A DNA stretch of 64,000 nucleotides from an uncultured Methanoregulaceae archaeon (GCA_963841015.1 CAWJAX010000005.1:416001-480000), one strand, 5' to 3'; shown: positions 51,782 to 63,174, counted from the stretch's first letter. The notes: a model not told the origin generated them from the sequence alone. Numbers and translations: made by a program.

Positions 51782-53150
51782 TCACTGGATGAGCTTCTGA
51801 GCCACTCAGCTTGTTGTCCTCATCCAGTACGATCATGTGGGTAGCACATGATACACAGGGGTCGTACCCGCGCATGATCACTTCGGCAAGCTGCCAGGGG
51901 GCACCCTTGAGTGCTGCACTGCAGGTTGCAAAGTTCCAGGTGGTTGGCACGAGCATTGAGAAGTACTGGACCTTCCAGTCCTTGACACGTGCAAGATGGA
52001 CATCGGTGCCACGGGGGGCTTCGTTGGATGCCCAGCCCAGTGAACCGTCACCATCGGGGATGTAGTCTGCAACGACCTTTCCATTGGTATTAAGTGCATC
52101 GAGGCAGTCCATCATCTCATACAAGCAGTCCTGGTACTCCATCTGGCGAGCTACGTTCTGGCCACAGGTGCCTTTCTCGTCATAGTTCTTGTATGTAACG
52201 AGACGGGCACGTGGACCGACTTCAACGGGCTGGCCATCGTACATAGGGATACCGGTACAGGCTTCCATCTGTGGGTTAACCTTTGTGCCGACCTTGGTGG
52301 TTCCACCAATGGGGTACCTGGGCTCTTCGAGATCAACGGTCATTTCACCCATGTACCAGTCCCATGGTCGGACTTCCTTGAAGCGGTTGATGTCCCAGCT
52401 GGGGCATTCGTCAAGACTTGAGCTGCCATAGAATGCATGGGTTGCAAGGTAGCCCTGGTTGTGGAAACCGAGATCCTTGGGCATCGGGACTTTCATACCC
52501 CCAACGTCAACGAAGTCTCTCTTGTGATAGTTTCGGATAACCGCTATCATGAACTCTGACTGAGCGTGGGCAAGGACAAGTCCTTCCTTTGCCAGGTCGT
52601 ACATCTTGGTCTTTGCCTGCTCCGAGCAATTGCGGTACATACCACCAACACGAGTATTTCTCGGGTGGATGCAATCGCCACCGGCGATCTGGCCGACGGT
52701 TTGGCCGATCTCACGGAGGCGCTGGATGCGCTTTGCAACGGTGCGCACCGGCTCTTCTGCAGTGAACGGGTTGATCTTGGTCTCGGTACCCGGAATATAG
52801 TAATCGGGCAGGAGCAGGATATTATGCAATGCAATGCTGTGTAACCGGTTCGCGAGCTGAAGGACATGACGAAGCATCTTTGCGTCCTTGGGGATTTCGC
52901 ACTTGATGGATGCTTCCATAGCTTCAGTGGCCGCGAGGTTGTGGGCAATCGGACAGATACCACAGACACGGGATGCAATCTTGGGCACCTGCTCCGGGGT
53001 CTTTCCGACGGCGAGTTTTTCAACTCCCCTCACCGGGGTAATGGAACACCAGTTACCCGTCTCGATGATACCTGCGTCGTTTACCTTCAGGACGAGCTTG
53101 GAGTGTCCCTCATGTCTTGTGGTTGGGGAAATCTCTACAACTTTCGACAA
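51782..53150 (-). CDS. frhA: F420-reducing hydrogenase subunit alpha ([NiFe] large subunit); extra base at 51806 disrupts the tail
   Basis: RHEGH, RVCGICP, DPCVSCATH; removing one base gives ...EDNKLVAQKLIQ* ending at 51782. Confidence 0.95.
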
Positions 53151-53449
53151 TATTATCGCCTCATTTTATGTTGAGTTGTTCATACCGCTGTACAAAATTT
53201 GCTCTATACTTTCTCTCATCTCTAGAGATAATTGACCGTACAAAGTACGTTCTATTGATCTTGCACAACTGGTTTTATAACCCTTGTTATGACGATGCAT
53301 ATCATTAAATAAGGGTGAAATCTGTCCAATAGGGTTTCCCTATCAAAAAAACAGCCAATTAATTTTTATTTCACTACTATATTTTTCAAATAAAAAATAA
53401 AAAAGGAATTTCTGTATCATTAATATAGGGTAACAAATATCGAATATTT

Positions 53450-54436
53450 TCAATCAACACTTTGCTTTTCACCGTTTAATTCATCGAACAATTCTGCAAG
53501 GGTTGCCCGCCGTTCAGCATACGCATCGTGCTGGTGAATGCTCTCCTCGTTCGTCTGTTTAATCGTGACTACCGAATCACCGGCAAGGTACTCAAATTCA
53601 GCGAGCACTTTCTTTGCCATCTCGCGGACACAGTCTTCAACAAAACGCGGGTTCTTGTGCGCGGCGAGGACCACCGACCCTTCATCGCCCCGCTTGAGTA
53701 ATTCATAGATACCAGCACTCATCGATTCTTTCAATATCCAGATAATCTTTTCAAGGTCCACATCCTGGTCATCGTCAGTTTCAATGCAAAGAAATCCCCG
53801 GCCCCGCTGGTTGTGGGTAGCCATGGGGATTTCGTTAAAAAATGCCTCTATCTGACCGCTGTCGACTCCAAGATTCTGGAGGACATGATCTGCCCGCTCC
53901 TTCATGATGTTCTGGGCACAGGGGCATGCAGTCATCCCGGTAACTTCCGCCCCGATGCTCTTGCGCACAATAGGATTCCGGAAGGTACGCTTTGCGATAG
54001 CACGTGCATGTACCTTCACCACTTCATCACAGGTTGTGCGACTGACCGGTGTTTCGCGCTTCATCATGTACTCACTGCGCATGAAGACCTCTGTGCGGTC
54101 AGCATACTCATGATGGTCTAATAGTTTTCGGGCTACCACGCTGCACAGTTTTTCGATCTTGTTCACGTCACCATCGATTGCCTGCTGGAGGACTTCATCA
54201 ATCACCTCAAAGTTACGAGAGAGATTGGCACCTTTCAGGCTCCCGGGCAGGTCAACATAAACATCAAAATTGGAAATAAATATGACCGGGCGCTTTCCCT
54301 GGCGATGTACTTCGACCAGTTTTTTTACGTTTTTCACACCGACGCGGGTGAGGTTTATCCGGACGTCGGGACTTGTTGCCTGGATGTCAGGCAGATCGCG
54401 GGAAAATGTCTGGTCAGGTTTCTCATTTGGGGTCAT
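53450..54436 (-). CDS. mptA: GTP cyclohydrolase IV (MptA, FolE2 family)
   Basis: LPDIQ, KGANLSR, TACPCA, THNQR, LLKR.DE, NPRFVED, ESIHQH. Confidence 0.93.
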   Translation of the reverse strand: MTPNEKPDQTFSRDLPDIQATSPDVRINLTRVGVKNVKKLVEVHRQGKRPVIFISNFDVYVDLPGSLKGANLSRNFEVIDEVLQQAIDGDVNKIEKLCSVVARKLLDHHEYADRTEVFMRSEYMMKRETPVSRTTCDEVVKVHARAIAKRTFRNPIVRKSIGAEVTGMTACPCAQNIMKERADHVLQNLGVDSGQIEAFFNEIPMATHNQRGRGFLCIETDDDQDVDLEKIIWILKESMSAGIYELLKRGDEGSVVLAAHKNPRFVEDCVREMAKKVLAEFEYLAGDSVVTIKQTNEESIHQHDAYAERRATLAELFDELNGEKQSVD

Positions 54437-54540
54437 TTTTTTAATAAGTCATCGCATCCCGGTAATTCTTTCAAGGTTGCTTCTTTAGTTTTTTTATATA
54501 ATATTTATGTGCTTTGTTGCAGATATCAAAGGGATCTACT

Positions 54541-55530
54541 ATGTTAAAAAAATACTATGAAGCAGATGCGGATCTCTCGGTGCTGAAGGGAAAGCGCATT
54601 GCTGTGATTGGTTATGGCTCACAGGGACGGGGGCAATCTCTCAACCTCAAAGACAGCGGGCTTGATGTGGTGATCGGGCTTCGCCCGGGAAAGAGCTGGG
54701 ATGCGGCTGGCAAAGATGGCATGAAGGTGATGCCGGTTGCCGAGGCTGTGAAAAAGGCAGATATTATTCAGATCCTCCTGCCTGATGAACACCAGGCTGC
54801 AGTTTATAAGAGTGAGATTATGCCCCATCTCTCGGACAAGAAGTGCCTCATGTTCTCCCATGGATTCAATATCCACTTCGGACAGATTGTTCCTCCACCC
54901 ACCGTTGATGTGATCATGGTGGCGCCCAAAGGGCCAGGATTCATGGTACGCAGGCAATATGAAGAAGGGAAAGGCGTTCCCGCACTTATCGCCATTCACC
55001 AGGACCATACCGGAAAAGCCCACCATATTGCGCTTGCCTATGCAAAGGGGATTGGGGCAACCCGGGCGGTTGTGCTGGAAACATCGTTCCGCGAAGAAAC
55101 CGAAACGGATCTTTTCGGAGAGCAGGCTGTTCTCTGCGGGGGTTGCACATCTCTTGTCAAGGCAGGATTTGAAACGCTTGTCGATGCCGGTTACGAGCCG
55201 GAGATGGCATATCTCGAAATTCTCCATGAGCTGAAGCTGATTGTTGATCTGATCTACGAGGGTGGGCTTACCAACATGCGCAAGTATATCAGCAACACGG
55301 CACAGTATGGTGATCTTACCCGTGGCCCACGAGTTATTGGTCCTGAAGCCTACGAAGCAATGCAGGAGATTCTGGAAGAAATCCAATCTGGTAAATTCGC
55401 CCGTGAATGGATGCTTGAAAACATGGTCAACCGCCCTGTATTCAATGCGCTCACCAAGGCAGATGAAGAGCATCTCATCGAAGAAGTGGGCAAAGAAGTC
55501 CGTGGTATGATGCCACAATTTAAAAAATAA
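54541..55530 (+). CDS. ilvC: Ketol-acid reductoisomerase
   Basis: [39 protein letters not shown]. Confidence 0.97.
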   Translation: MLKKYYEADADLSVLKGKRIAVIGYGSQGRGQSLNLKDSGLDVVIGLRPGKSWDAAGKDGMKVMPVAEAVKKADIIQILLPDEHQAAVYKSEIMPHLSDKKCLMFSHGFNIHFGQIVPPPTVDVIMVAPKGPGFMVRRQYEEGKGVPALIAIHQDHTGKAHHIALAYAKGIGATRAVVLETSFREETETDLFGEQAVLCGGCTSLVKAGFETLVDAGYEPEMAYLEILHELKLIVDLIYEGGLTNMRKYISNTAQYGDLTRGPRVIGPEAYEAMQEILEEIQSGKFAREWMLENMVNRPVFNALTKADEEHLIEEVGKEVRGMMPQFKK

Positions 55531-55577
55531 TTTTTTCTGGTATCTTTTTATTTCTTTTTCCAATATACCCAGTCAGG

Positions 55578-56059
55578 ATAAAAATTTGGATTATTTACCC
55601 TAGCGGGACCGGAAAAACCCTCCATGGGGCCCGGCATATTGCTTCGGCATTTAATGCATGCCTGATCGAAATCTGTGACACGGCATCCTACACCCGGATT
55701 ACGCGCTTTCTTGTATCCTGCAAAATGGCGAGAAGTAACAAGAAAACCAGGATCGGGCCATCATCGACCGATGTTTCGGAATAGGATCTTGTTGTATTCG
55801 GATCACCAGTCTGGGCTTTCAAACACCGCCGGCTATATATACAACAATTGATAGTCTTGAGGGGTGTATGGGTAAACCGGCTGTGGCCTTTTCCACTCAT
55901 GGTGGCAGACCGGGCCAGACTGATGAAACGTTCAAAAAATGGATTGAAGCCAGTGGGATGATTACGGGTGTTGTCACCAACATCACCCAGACTGCTCATA
56001 ACAACGAGAAGGAGACAAAAGAACTCGTCGCGCCTGTCTCTGCTTTAATGAATGGATAA
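55578..56059 (+). pseudogene. Flavodoxin-family pseudogene
   Basis: ATA at the start position, IIYPSGTGKT, TAG at 55782 before DLVVFGSPVW, frameshift near 55824, then AFSTHGG. Confidence 0.75.
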
Positions 56060-56379
56060 TTTTTTTAGCTGAATGAAAATGGAATTTTACCCGCATTTAC
56101 GTAAGTGTAACGGCAGTGGCGAACGATCTTATTTCTTCGATTTTCGCATGATTGTGGGGTGGGGCACCCTGTCTTCTCTCCGTACTGTGGGGAGCATGAC
56201 CGGGTCTTCCTGATCCAGCGCTGCACCGCCATGTCTATGATGGCATCAGGTATCGGTGTATGAGCATAAGCATCCTGTCGATTATTATGCGGATGTTCCC
56301 TGCACAAAGCAGGATTTGATTAACCAGCATGTACCGGGAGAAAGCCTTTTGGCGGGTGGCACCTTTATACTATACAACT

Positions 56380-57000
56380 ATGACGGACGAATATGAAAAT
56401 CTCCTCAAACAGGCATACTCCAATATCACCGAAAAAACAGAATCTTCGGAGCGTTTTGTAGTTCCTGAAGCCAAGGCATATGTTGAAGGCAAAACAACCG
56501 TCCTTGAAAATTTTTCCGAAATTGTGAGCAAGGTCCGCCGTGACCCGGATCACGTTATGAAATTTCTCCTCGGGGAACTTGGTACTTCTGGAAAAATAGA
56601 CGGAAACCGTGCAATTTTTAACGGAAAATTTGAGATCTCCCTCATTAAAATGATAATAAAGAGTTATGTTGAGGATTATGTTATCTGCTCTGAATGCGGC
56701 AAACCGGATACCCGGCTTGTCAAAGACGATCGGGTAATGCAGCTCCGCTGTGATGCCTGCGGGAGTCACCGCCCGGTCAGAAAGAGAAAAGCCCGAACCG
56801 AACCTGTCTCTGAGAACCTTGAGGAAGGTACTATCATGGATGTTGAAATCCAGTCAATCTCCAAGCGGGGTGACGGTGTGGTTAAGATGGGTCGCTACAT
56901 CATGTATGTTGCAAATGCAAAACCCGGGCAGAAGGTAAAGATTAAGATATCAAGGATTTCGGGATCGATCGTTTTTACCGAAAGGGCAACGGAAGAATAA
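56380..57000 (+). CDS. eif2b: Translation initiation factor 2 subunit beta with C-terminal TRAM domain
   Basis: ELGT.G, YVIC.ECGKPDT, C.ACG, GDGV TRAM motif. Confidence 0.94.
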   Translation: MTDEYENLLKQAYSNITEKTESSERFVVPEAKAYVEGKTTVLENFSEIVSKVRRDPDHVMKFLLGELGTSGKIDGNRAIFNGKFEISLIKMIIKSYVEDYVICSECGKPDTRLVKDDRVMQLRCDACGSHRPVRKRKARTEPVSENLEEGTIMDVEIQSISKRGDGVVKMGRYIMYVANAKPGQKVKIKISRISGSIVFTERATEE

Positions 57001-57179
57001 TAATATTCATAATCTATTTTCCACAAGCGAGCAGCAACATCCAGTCAGAAGTACACCAGAATCCCGCTGGAGTATTCCCTTGTATTATCCATCCTTTTTA
57101 CTTTTACCCTTGGATAGTATGATTTTCATGGACAAAAAAATTAGCAAAAAAAGAAATTTTATTCATTCGGTGTTCTGCT

Positions 57180-57881
57180 TCAGAAATTGAAGGATTGCTC
57201 GGTCGGTCCCCCGGTTTTTGTGATAGTAATTTCGTAGTTGAAATTCTGAACATTGTCAAAGGTGGTGTCAAAACTCATCCACCGACCGTCAACGACATAC
57301 GTTAAAGGATGGACTTCTCCTTTTGTCCTGTTCATCGCAATATACTTGCCATCGTCATAACGATATTCGATATAATCCCCGTAAACGAATTCGCCCGTGG
57401 AATCCGTTGCTTTCTCGAGGACAAAAGATGGGTCTATGAGACCCCACTGGACTTTCTTCGAATAGGATTCATAGTGGGGGATTAACTGCGCTGCCTGCAA
57501 TCCGGTTGCCTGTTCTGTATTGAGTGCATATCCCAGCACGGGCTTTTCAGCTTTGATGGTAATCCGGAATTTATCTCCTGGATAAACGAATTTAAAACCC
57601 ATATCCTTGAAATCATAAGTTTTATAGGTTTTTGTAGTGAGGATACCCGTATCGTGCAGAATTTCTTTTTCAATGACGGTTTCTGAAGGTTTGGGAGTCA
57701 CTCTAGTCGATACAACCGTGACCACGGTCGCCTCAGGAGTGGTCGGAAGTACGGTCTGGATTGCCGTAGTTGGTGCCGGAGTCTGAACAGGAGCAGGAGT
57801 GGAGGGGGAAACACATCCCGCAATGACCAGTATCACAATCAGGCAGATACCTATCCAGATTGGCGTTTTGTTGTCTATCAT
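57180..57881 (-). CDS. Hypothetical lipoprotein
   Basis: Lipobox IAGC followed by a Pro/Thr-rich linker. Confidence 0.65.
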   Translation of the reverse strand: MIDNKTPIWIGICLIVILVIAGCVSPSTPAPVQTPAPTTAIQTVLPTTPEATVVTVVSTRVTPKPSETVIEKEILHDTGILTTKTYKTYDFKDMGFKFVYPGDKFRITIKAEKPVLGYALNTEQATGLQAAQLIPHYESYSKKVQWGLIDPSFVLEKATDSTGEFVYGDYIEYRYDDGKYIAMNRTKGEVHPLTYVVDGRWMSFDTTFDNVQNFNYEITITKTGGPTEQSFNF

Positions 57882-58017
57882 ATGATCAAGACATTTTTGC
57901 TTCAACCTGATAACTGTTATCAAATCCATCCTGTATTATTGAGATCGAAGCAGGATTAACCTGGATTTGGTTGTAATTAGTATAAAAAAACTATACTATT
58001 TGCAGAAATATCGGGTA

Positions 58018-58287
58018 TCACTGTTTCTTCAGCTCTTTAATGAGCTCATCACAATGACCCGATATCCGCTTGCATGCCTTTTTAATTATCGGCAGAGGAT
58101 TTTTCTTGCCTTTGGTGGTGACGAGAAGTTCCGGGTCAGAAAACTGGAACTCTATCATATACCTGGCGACATCGACATCCGGGTCGTTTAAAAGCTCTTC
58201 AACAAGGGCGTTCATGAACGTATGCCCCTCCCCCTTGATGATGAGTCGTACTTTGTCTTTTTCGAGATCGAGGACTTTTACAATCAT
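58018..58287 (-). CDS. rpoL: DNA-directed RNA polymerase subunit L (Rpo11)
   Basis: GEGHTFMNAL...L..DP.V..A.Y. Confidence 0.92.
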   Translation of the reverse strand: MIVKVLDLEKDKVRLIIKGEGHTFMNALVEELLNDPDVDVARYMIEFQFSDPELLVTTKGKKNPLPIIKKACKRISGHCDELIKELKKQ

Positions 58288-58385
58288 GCACCTATGTTTG
58301 GGCACCTGAAAACTATTAAAGTATGGGTGGGGATGACAAGAATACAATTTCTGATTCCCGGTATTATTTTTTTTACTAAAGATGG

Positions 58386-59108
58386 TTACCGGAACTCGAA
58401 TACGTCTCCATCATTTCCCAGATGGGGAAGCTCCCAGGGAATAAGGTGGCTTAAATGAACGCACCGATACTCGTCCGGTTCAAGACTCCGGGCAAGGGTA
58501 CAGGCGTCAAGATAATTCATGTGCTTATGAATCCTGATATCGGAGGGCACAAGTGCATCCAGCAGCAGAAGATCCAGATCGGTGAGGAGGTCAAGGCTCT
58601 GTTGGGGGATATCAATGTTGGTATCTGAGGTAAATCCTATCCTAATACCCGCGTTTTCAAAAACCATGCCACAGGTAAAGGCCGGAGGGTGTTTTACCAT
58701 AAACAGTGTGATAGTTATCCCGAAAAGTTCAAACGGCTCATAGGGGGGAATCTCTCCTTTATCAAATGTGAGAAACCGGAAGGTATCAGCGCAGTAATTG
58801 AGAACCTGGGGAGCGGCAAATACCGGCGGGATCTTCTGGACCCGGTAAAACTCGCCAAATCCGATAAAATGATCATAATGGCCGTGAGTCCAGATCACAG
58901 CATCGATATGAGGGGAACCGTGCAGGAGAAGCTGCTGCCGCAGATCCGGTGATGAATCGATGAGGATGTGTCTTCCCTCATTTTCTACAAGAAGCGAGGT
59001 TCGAAGCCGCATCGCACCTGTTTTCCTGGCGTGGGAACATTGGGGGCATTTGCATCCCACCTTTGGTGTACCAATCGCATCGCCCGTTCCCAAAAGGGTA
59101 ATTTTCAT
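58386..59108 (-). CDS. Metallo-beta-lactamase-fold hydrolase (PhnP-like)
   Basis: LGTG...GTP..GC.C..C, THGHYDH, SDT, H.SH. Confidence 0.88.
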   Translation of the reverse strand: MKITLLGTGDAIGTPKVGCKCPQCSHARKTGAMRLRTSLLVENEGRHILIDSSPDLRQQLLLHGSPHIDAVIWTHGHYDHFIGFGEFYRVQKIPPVFAAPQVLNYCADTFRFLTFDKGEIPPYEPFELFGITITLFMVKHPPAFTCGMVFENAGIRIGFTSDTNIDIPQQSLDLLTDLDLLLLDALVPSDIRIHKHMNYLDACTLARSLEPDEYRCVHLSHLIPWELPHLGNDGDVFEFR

Positions 59109-59109
59109 A

Positions 59110-60384
59110 TTATATCCAGGTCAGGTGTCGGATTGCATCCCTGTTTTTCACCATGTGAATACCCTTTTCAATATCTTCAGGGCTGATAGTCTTACGGTTT
59201 GCCATGAGGGAAGAAAGTATCGCTTCCTTGACCATCATGCGGAGATCGGAACCGGAAAAACCATCAGTCCGGGAAGCAAGCTGCTGGTAATCAAGAGTAC
59301 ACTGGAAGGAGGAAGTAACCTTCATTAAGATATTCTTCCGCATCTCTTCATTGGGAAGTGAAAACTCAACGACTTCATCAAACCTTCTCCAGGCTGCTTC
59401 ATCCAGCAGCTGCGGATGATTGGTTGCACTTATCAGAAGTACATTGTTCCTCACCAGGTTGATCTTATCGATGTTTTTTAACAGGGAGTTTACTGCACGT
59501 TTCATTGCCCCATGGTCATCAGCGACACGGCTCTTGGCAACAAAATCGAATTCGTCAATAAAAAGAATGGAAGGTGCAAGCTTTTTTGCTAATTCAAAAA
59601 TGCGGTCAATATTCTTAGAAGTCTCTCCAAGATACTGGGATGTTATCATTGAAAGCCTGACCTCAAGAACCGGCATGTGCATAGTCCGGGACATTGCAAG
59701 TGCAAGCGAGGTCTTTCCTGTACCTGGTGGACCCACAAAGAGGAGTTTTCCCACCTCATGAATCCTGTGCCGGTGCAGGAATTCCCGGTGGCTGATCGCA
59801 AGTTGAATTTTATTAATAATGGCGGTCTGTTCCTGCGTGCGGATAAGATCGTCCATCTGCTGCTCCACTTCTTCGGGCGCAAGGATAATTACAAGGTCAA
59901 GTGCGCTCCGGAGTTTTTCATCTTCTCCTATAAGTTTCGAAACACGGGCATCGAGATATGCCTTGGTGTCTTCAAATGGCGGATTTGCCAAACGAACGGT
60001 CTTATAGGTTATTCCCGTCGAATCAATATTCTCAAAGTAGAATGCGAGTGCGGGATTTTTATCAATGATAGGTTTGCCGCCCTGTTTGAGGAACCAGAGT
60101 GCTGCGGGTTCAAGCGCAGTGATTCGGAGGCGCTGTCCAAATTCCTCATATGCAACAAAGGGATTTGCGGATAGTTTCTGGTGGGCATCCGCAATAGCCA
60201 GAGAGCGCTTGATCAGACCGTCGCTTACATAGACCGGCCGTTTGATATCTGATGATGTGGTTATGGAAAATATCTCACGGCAGTCAGGGGTCAAATCGTT
60301 GATATCAAGCTGGGGGTTCTGGTTGAATATTTCAGCGGTCAGAACAACTTCCATTATGCGCAGGATTTCAGAATCTCCAGACAT
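59110..60384 (-). CDS. AAA+ ATPase with uncharacterised N-terminal domain
   Basis: GPPGTGKT, SQYLGET pore loop, FIDEFD, ATNHP.LLD.A..RRFD, GFSGSDL. Confidence 0.9.
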   Translation of the reverse strand: MSGDSEILRIMEVVLTAEIFNQNPQLDINDLTPDCREIFSITTSSDIKRPVYVSDGLIKRSLAIADAHQKLSANPFVAYEEFGQRLRITALEPAALWFLKQGGKPIIDKNPALAFYFENIDSTGITYKTVRLANPPFEDTKAYLDARVSKLIGEDEKLRSALDLVIILAPEEVEQQMDDLIRTQEQTAIINKIQLAISHREFLHRHRIHEVGKLLFVGPPGTGKTSLALAMSRTMHMPVLEVRLSMITSQYLGETSKNIDRIFELAKKLAPSILFIDEFDFVAKSRVADDHGAMKRAVNSLLKNIDKINLVRNNVLLISATNHPQLLDEAAWRRFDEVVEFSLPNEEMRKNILMKVTSSFQCTLDYQQLASRTDGFSGSDLRMMVKEAILSSLMANRKTISPEDIEKGIHMVKNRDAIRHLTWI

Positions 60385-60428
60385 GGCTGTAACCTTAATT
60401 ATTCATTTCCTGAATGAATAAGGCTATC

Positions 60429-61304
60429 TCATCGTGTAGTTACAATGCACCCTTCACTGGTTACGATCACTGTATGCTCATGCTGGGACACAAGGGATCC
60501 CGATATATCGGAAAGGACCGGATAAACATGAAGCATTTTCGATCTTACGAGTGAGGAGAGAGTGATATCCAGTTTTTTTTCATTGAGCCATCGTCGTGCA
60601 AATGGCAGCCCATGGCGATCCTTTACTGTATCCAGTACCGCACGTGCCGAAGGAATCCGGACGGGTTTTTGTGAAATCTGCGAATAAATCTCCTTACGGA
60701 TTTTCTCACTGACGTGTCCGCTTCCGGTTGTTGCGAACGGTTCAATAGCAAAGACCATCCCTTCCTCGAGTACAACACCCCCATTAATGCCGACATTGGG
60801 AATAGTAGGAGATCGGTGGAGAATGTACTGATCAAGTCCATGTCCGGTAAGATTTGATATTGGCCGATATCCACGGCCTTCAATCTCTTCCTGGATTGCT
60901 GCACCGAGATCCCCTGCGGTTGCTCCGGGCCGAACCGCTTTTATAGCGGCATCGAGTGCCCGTTCAGATGCTTCAAGGAGGAGTGAGTTGCTCCCGAGAT
61001 CGATAGTGGTAGCTGTGTCAGCGATATACCCCTCTATCTGGACCCCAAGATCCAGTTTTGCTACATCACCTTTGGCAAATACCCGTGCATCTTCGGGTGA
61101 TGCGGTATCATGTGCAGCATCTTCATTTAAGGAGAGGTTGAGAGGAAAAGCGAGTGCCGCCCCTTCTTCTTTTACCTGCATCTCCATTGATTCAACGAGA
61201 TCCAGGTATGATCCTCCAATGCGGATTTCCCTGGCACTCCGGTGCAGGATTTTTGCGGCAATTTCTCCGGCATCACGATATTTATCGAAAATCTCATCTT
61301 TCAT
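60429..61304 (-). CDS. map: Methionine aminopeptidase type II
   Basis: AFP.N.S.N..AAH, D.GV..EGYIADTA, NLTGH, AIEPF, QHEHT. Confidence 0.95.
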   Translation of the reverse strand: MKDEIFDKYRDAGEIAAKILHRSAREIRIGGSYLDLVESMEMQVKEEGAALAFPLNLSLNEDAAHDTASPEDARVFAKGDVAKLDLGVQIEGYIADTATTIDLGSNSLLLEASERALDAAIKAVRPGATAGDLGAAIQEEIEGRGYRPISNLTGHGLDQYILHRSPTIPNVGINGGVVLEEGMVFAIEPFATTGSGHVSEKIRKEIYSQISQKPVRIPSARAVLDTVKDRHGLPFARRWLNEKKLDITLSSLVRSKMLHVYPVLSDISGSLVSQHEHTVIVTSEGCIVTTR

Positions 61305-62428
61305 ATGACCAGGTCCTCGGGAAATTCCGTAAAGTTTTCAAAACCTTTCGCCGTGACCACTCCTATGTCCTCGAGACGCACCCCCCCGATGCCCGGATAG
61401 TAGAGTCCCGGCTCAATGGTGATTACATTCCCGGTTGCAAGGGCTTTTCCTGCCGGCCCAACCGTTGGTAGTTCGTGAACCTGAAGCCCCACACCATGAC
61501 CGAGATTGTGAACAAATCCGCGTGTGTTACTTTCGTATCCATGATCTTTGAAAAAGTCAACTACTGCCAGATGAATATCTGCTCCTGACGCTCCTTTTTT
61601 TACAAGCGAAATTCCAAGCTTTTTTGCTTCGCGGAGTGTATTGTACATCTCGAGGATTTCCGTTGAAGGCTCCCCCCTGACAACAGTCCGGGTCATATCG
61701 GCATAATAACCGGATATCTCGTTAACGGGAAAGAGATCAATTACAATCGGCTCGTCTGATCTGAGTGGTCCTGATCCTGTTATATGGGGAATTGAGGTAT
61801 CCTCACCGCATGATACAATAGTGTCCACCGCATTGCACCCGTGCTGCAGGAGCAGACTGTGCATGGAGAATTTAACAAATTCAGCAGTCAAGGGCTTTTT
61901 GTCAATATGGAGGATTCCTTTTTTTATCGATGCGCTCCTGATCAGCGAGATTGCACGCCCCATCGCCTTTTCCGTCACTTTCTGCACATCCTTCATCAAC
62001 AGGATTTCATGCTTGTTTTTCTTTGCCCGCATTGACTGAACTGTACCACTGTCCACCATAATAGTACAATAGTTGCTGAGGGCATTTGCCAAAGCAATCG
62101 GGAAATTAGGGGGAACGAGGATTTTTTTTCCAGCCTGACCTGCAATCATCTTTGCGGTTGCGCGGTACGGGTCCTTTTCTTTTTTGAGAATGTCAGGAAG
62201 CCCGGCCTGCGTTCTGGTCATCACTGCAGTAGAAGCTTCTCGTGATGCGCGCCCAGACTCCATCTGGGATACGATAATAACCCCGGGATCTCCTGGTTTT
62301 TTAAAAAAAACGAAGGGATCGCTTGTCGTAAAATGGGTCAGATATCTCATATCAGCGTCACGCGATGATGCATAGAGCACGTAGGCATCAGCGCCGCTTT
62401 TTTTGACCGCGTTTGAAAGTGGGTCCAT
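61301..62428 (-). CDS. Xaa-Pro aminopeptidase/prolidase (M24B)
   Basis: PH, ID, DMTRT, HNLGHGVGL.VHE.P, TIEPGLY, GVRLED. Confidence 0.92.
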   Translation of the reverse strand: MDPLSNAVKKSGADAYVLYASSRDADMRYLTHFTTSDPFVFFKKPGDPGVIIVSQMESGRASREASTAVMTRTQAGLPDILKKEKDPYRATAKMIAGQAGKKILVPPNFPIALANALSNYCTIMVDSGTVQSMRAKKNKHEILLMKDVQKVTEKAMGRAISLIRSASIKKGILHIDKKPLTAEFVKFSMHSLLLQHGCNAVDTIVSCGEDTSIPHITGSGPLRSDEPIVIDLFPVNEISGYYADMTRTVVRGEPSTEILEMYNTLREAKKLGISLVKKGASGADIHLAVVDFFKDHGYESNTRGFVHNLGHGVGLQVHELPTVGPAGKALATGNVITIEPGLYYPGIGGVRLEDIGVVTAKGFENFTEFPEDLVI

Positions 62429-62488
62429 CTCTCAGGATATATGTAGTTAAACGTCAAGTACTTTTATTTCGGAGTTGACATACCAGTG

Positions 62489-62761
62489 ATGGAAGAGGAT
62501 GTAAAAACCCGGTTCAAGTGGAAATTTTATCATCTTACAATTGAGCTCAATATCATTATCCTTCTCGTAGCTATGTCAATCACGTTTTTTTTTATTTTTC
62601 ATTCCCCCTACAGCATTCCAATCATCATTGGGATGCTCATAGTGGCATTGATTCTGTCTTTGGATTTTTTTAAGAAATACAAAGCAACAAAAAAGTGGCT
62701 TGATGATCAACCGGAAAAAGAAAAAAATGATAATGATACCAGACAGAATGGCACGATATAA
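62489..62761 (+). CDS. Small hypothetical membrane protein
   Basis: Two TM segments; GGAG upstream. Confidence 0.55.
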   Translation: MEEDVKTRFKWKFYHLTIELNIIILLVAMSITFFFIFHSPYSIPIIIGMLIVALILSLDFFKKYKATKKWLDDQPEKEKNDNDTRQNGTI

Positions 62762-62794
62762 AACAGCTTTGGGTGAGGGCTTTACTGGAGTACT

Positions 62795-63079
62795 ATGCTC
62801 AAGAAGATGAAGGACGAGATCGAACTGCTAAGCCGACATATTGAGGTAGCAAAAGCGGTGGCAGATCATGAACCGATCGGCATCATGAAGCTTGCAGAGC
62901 TGCTCGATCTCCCCTCGCACCGTATACGTTACTCCCTCCATGTTCTGGAACAACTCGGATATATCCGTGCTTCACCGGAAGGTGCAGTTGCCACACCAAG
63001 GACGGCTGAATTATTCCAGCATCTCAATGGTGATCTGGATGAACTCATCCAGCTGCTTACCGCGATGAAGCGTTATTGA
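62795..63079 (+). CDS. Winged-helix protein (conserved euryarchaeal hypothetical)
   Basis: PIGIMKLAE......HRIRYSL.VLE..G.I..S..GA. Confidence 0.7.
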   Translation: MLKKMKDEIELLSRHIEVAKAVADHEPIGIMKLAELLDLPSHRIRYSLHVLEQLGYIRASPEGAVATPRTAELFQHLNGDLDELIQLLTAMKRY

Positions 63080-63174
63080 TACGGCTTGATGTCACAATAA
63101 CTCTGTTGTCAAGATCGTCATGAGAGTTACCTTTAAAAGCACTCACAAAGAATCTAATAAAGCGTATTGATATA

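Noticed and set aside
51782-53150. Selenocysteine or pyrrolysine recoding in frh genes
   Set aside because: Ni ligands are Cys (DPCVSC); no in-frame TGA/TAG needing read-through
54619-55563. 314-aa ORF antisense to ilvC
   Set aside because: Shadow frame of a conserved gene; no motifs
56065-56307. 80-aa minus-strand ORF between the flavodoxin remnant and aIF2b
   Set aside because: No motif or clear RBS; cannot be supported
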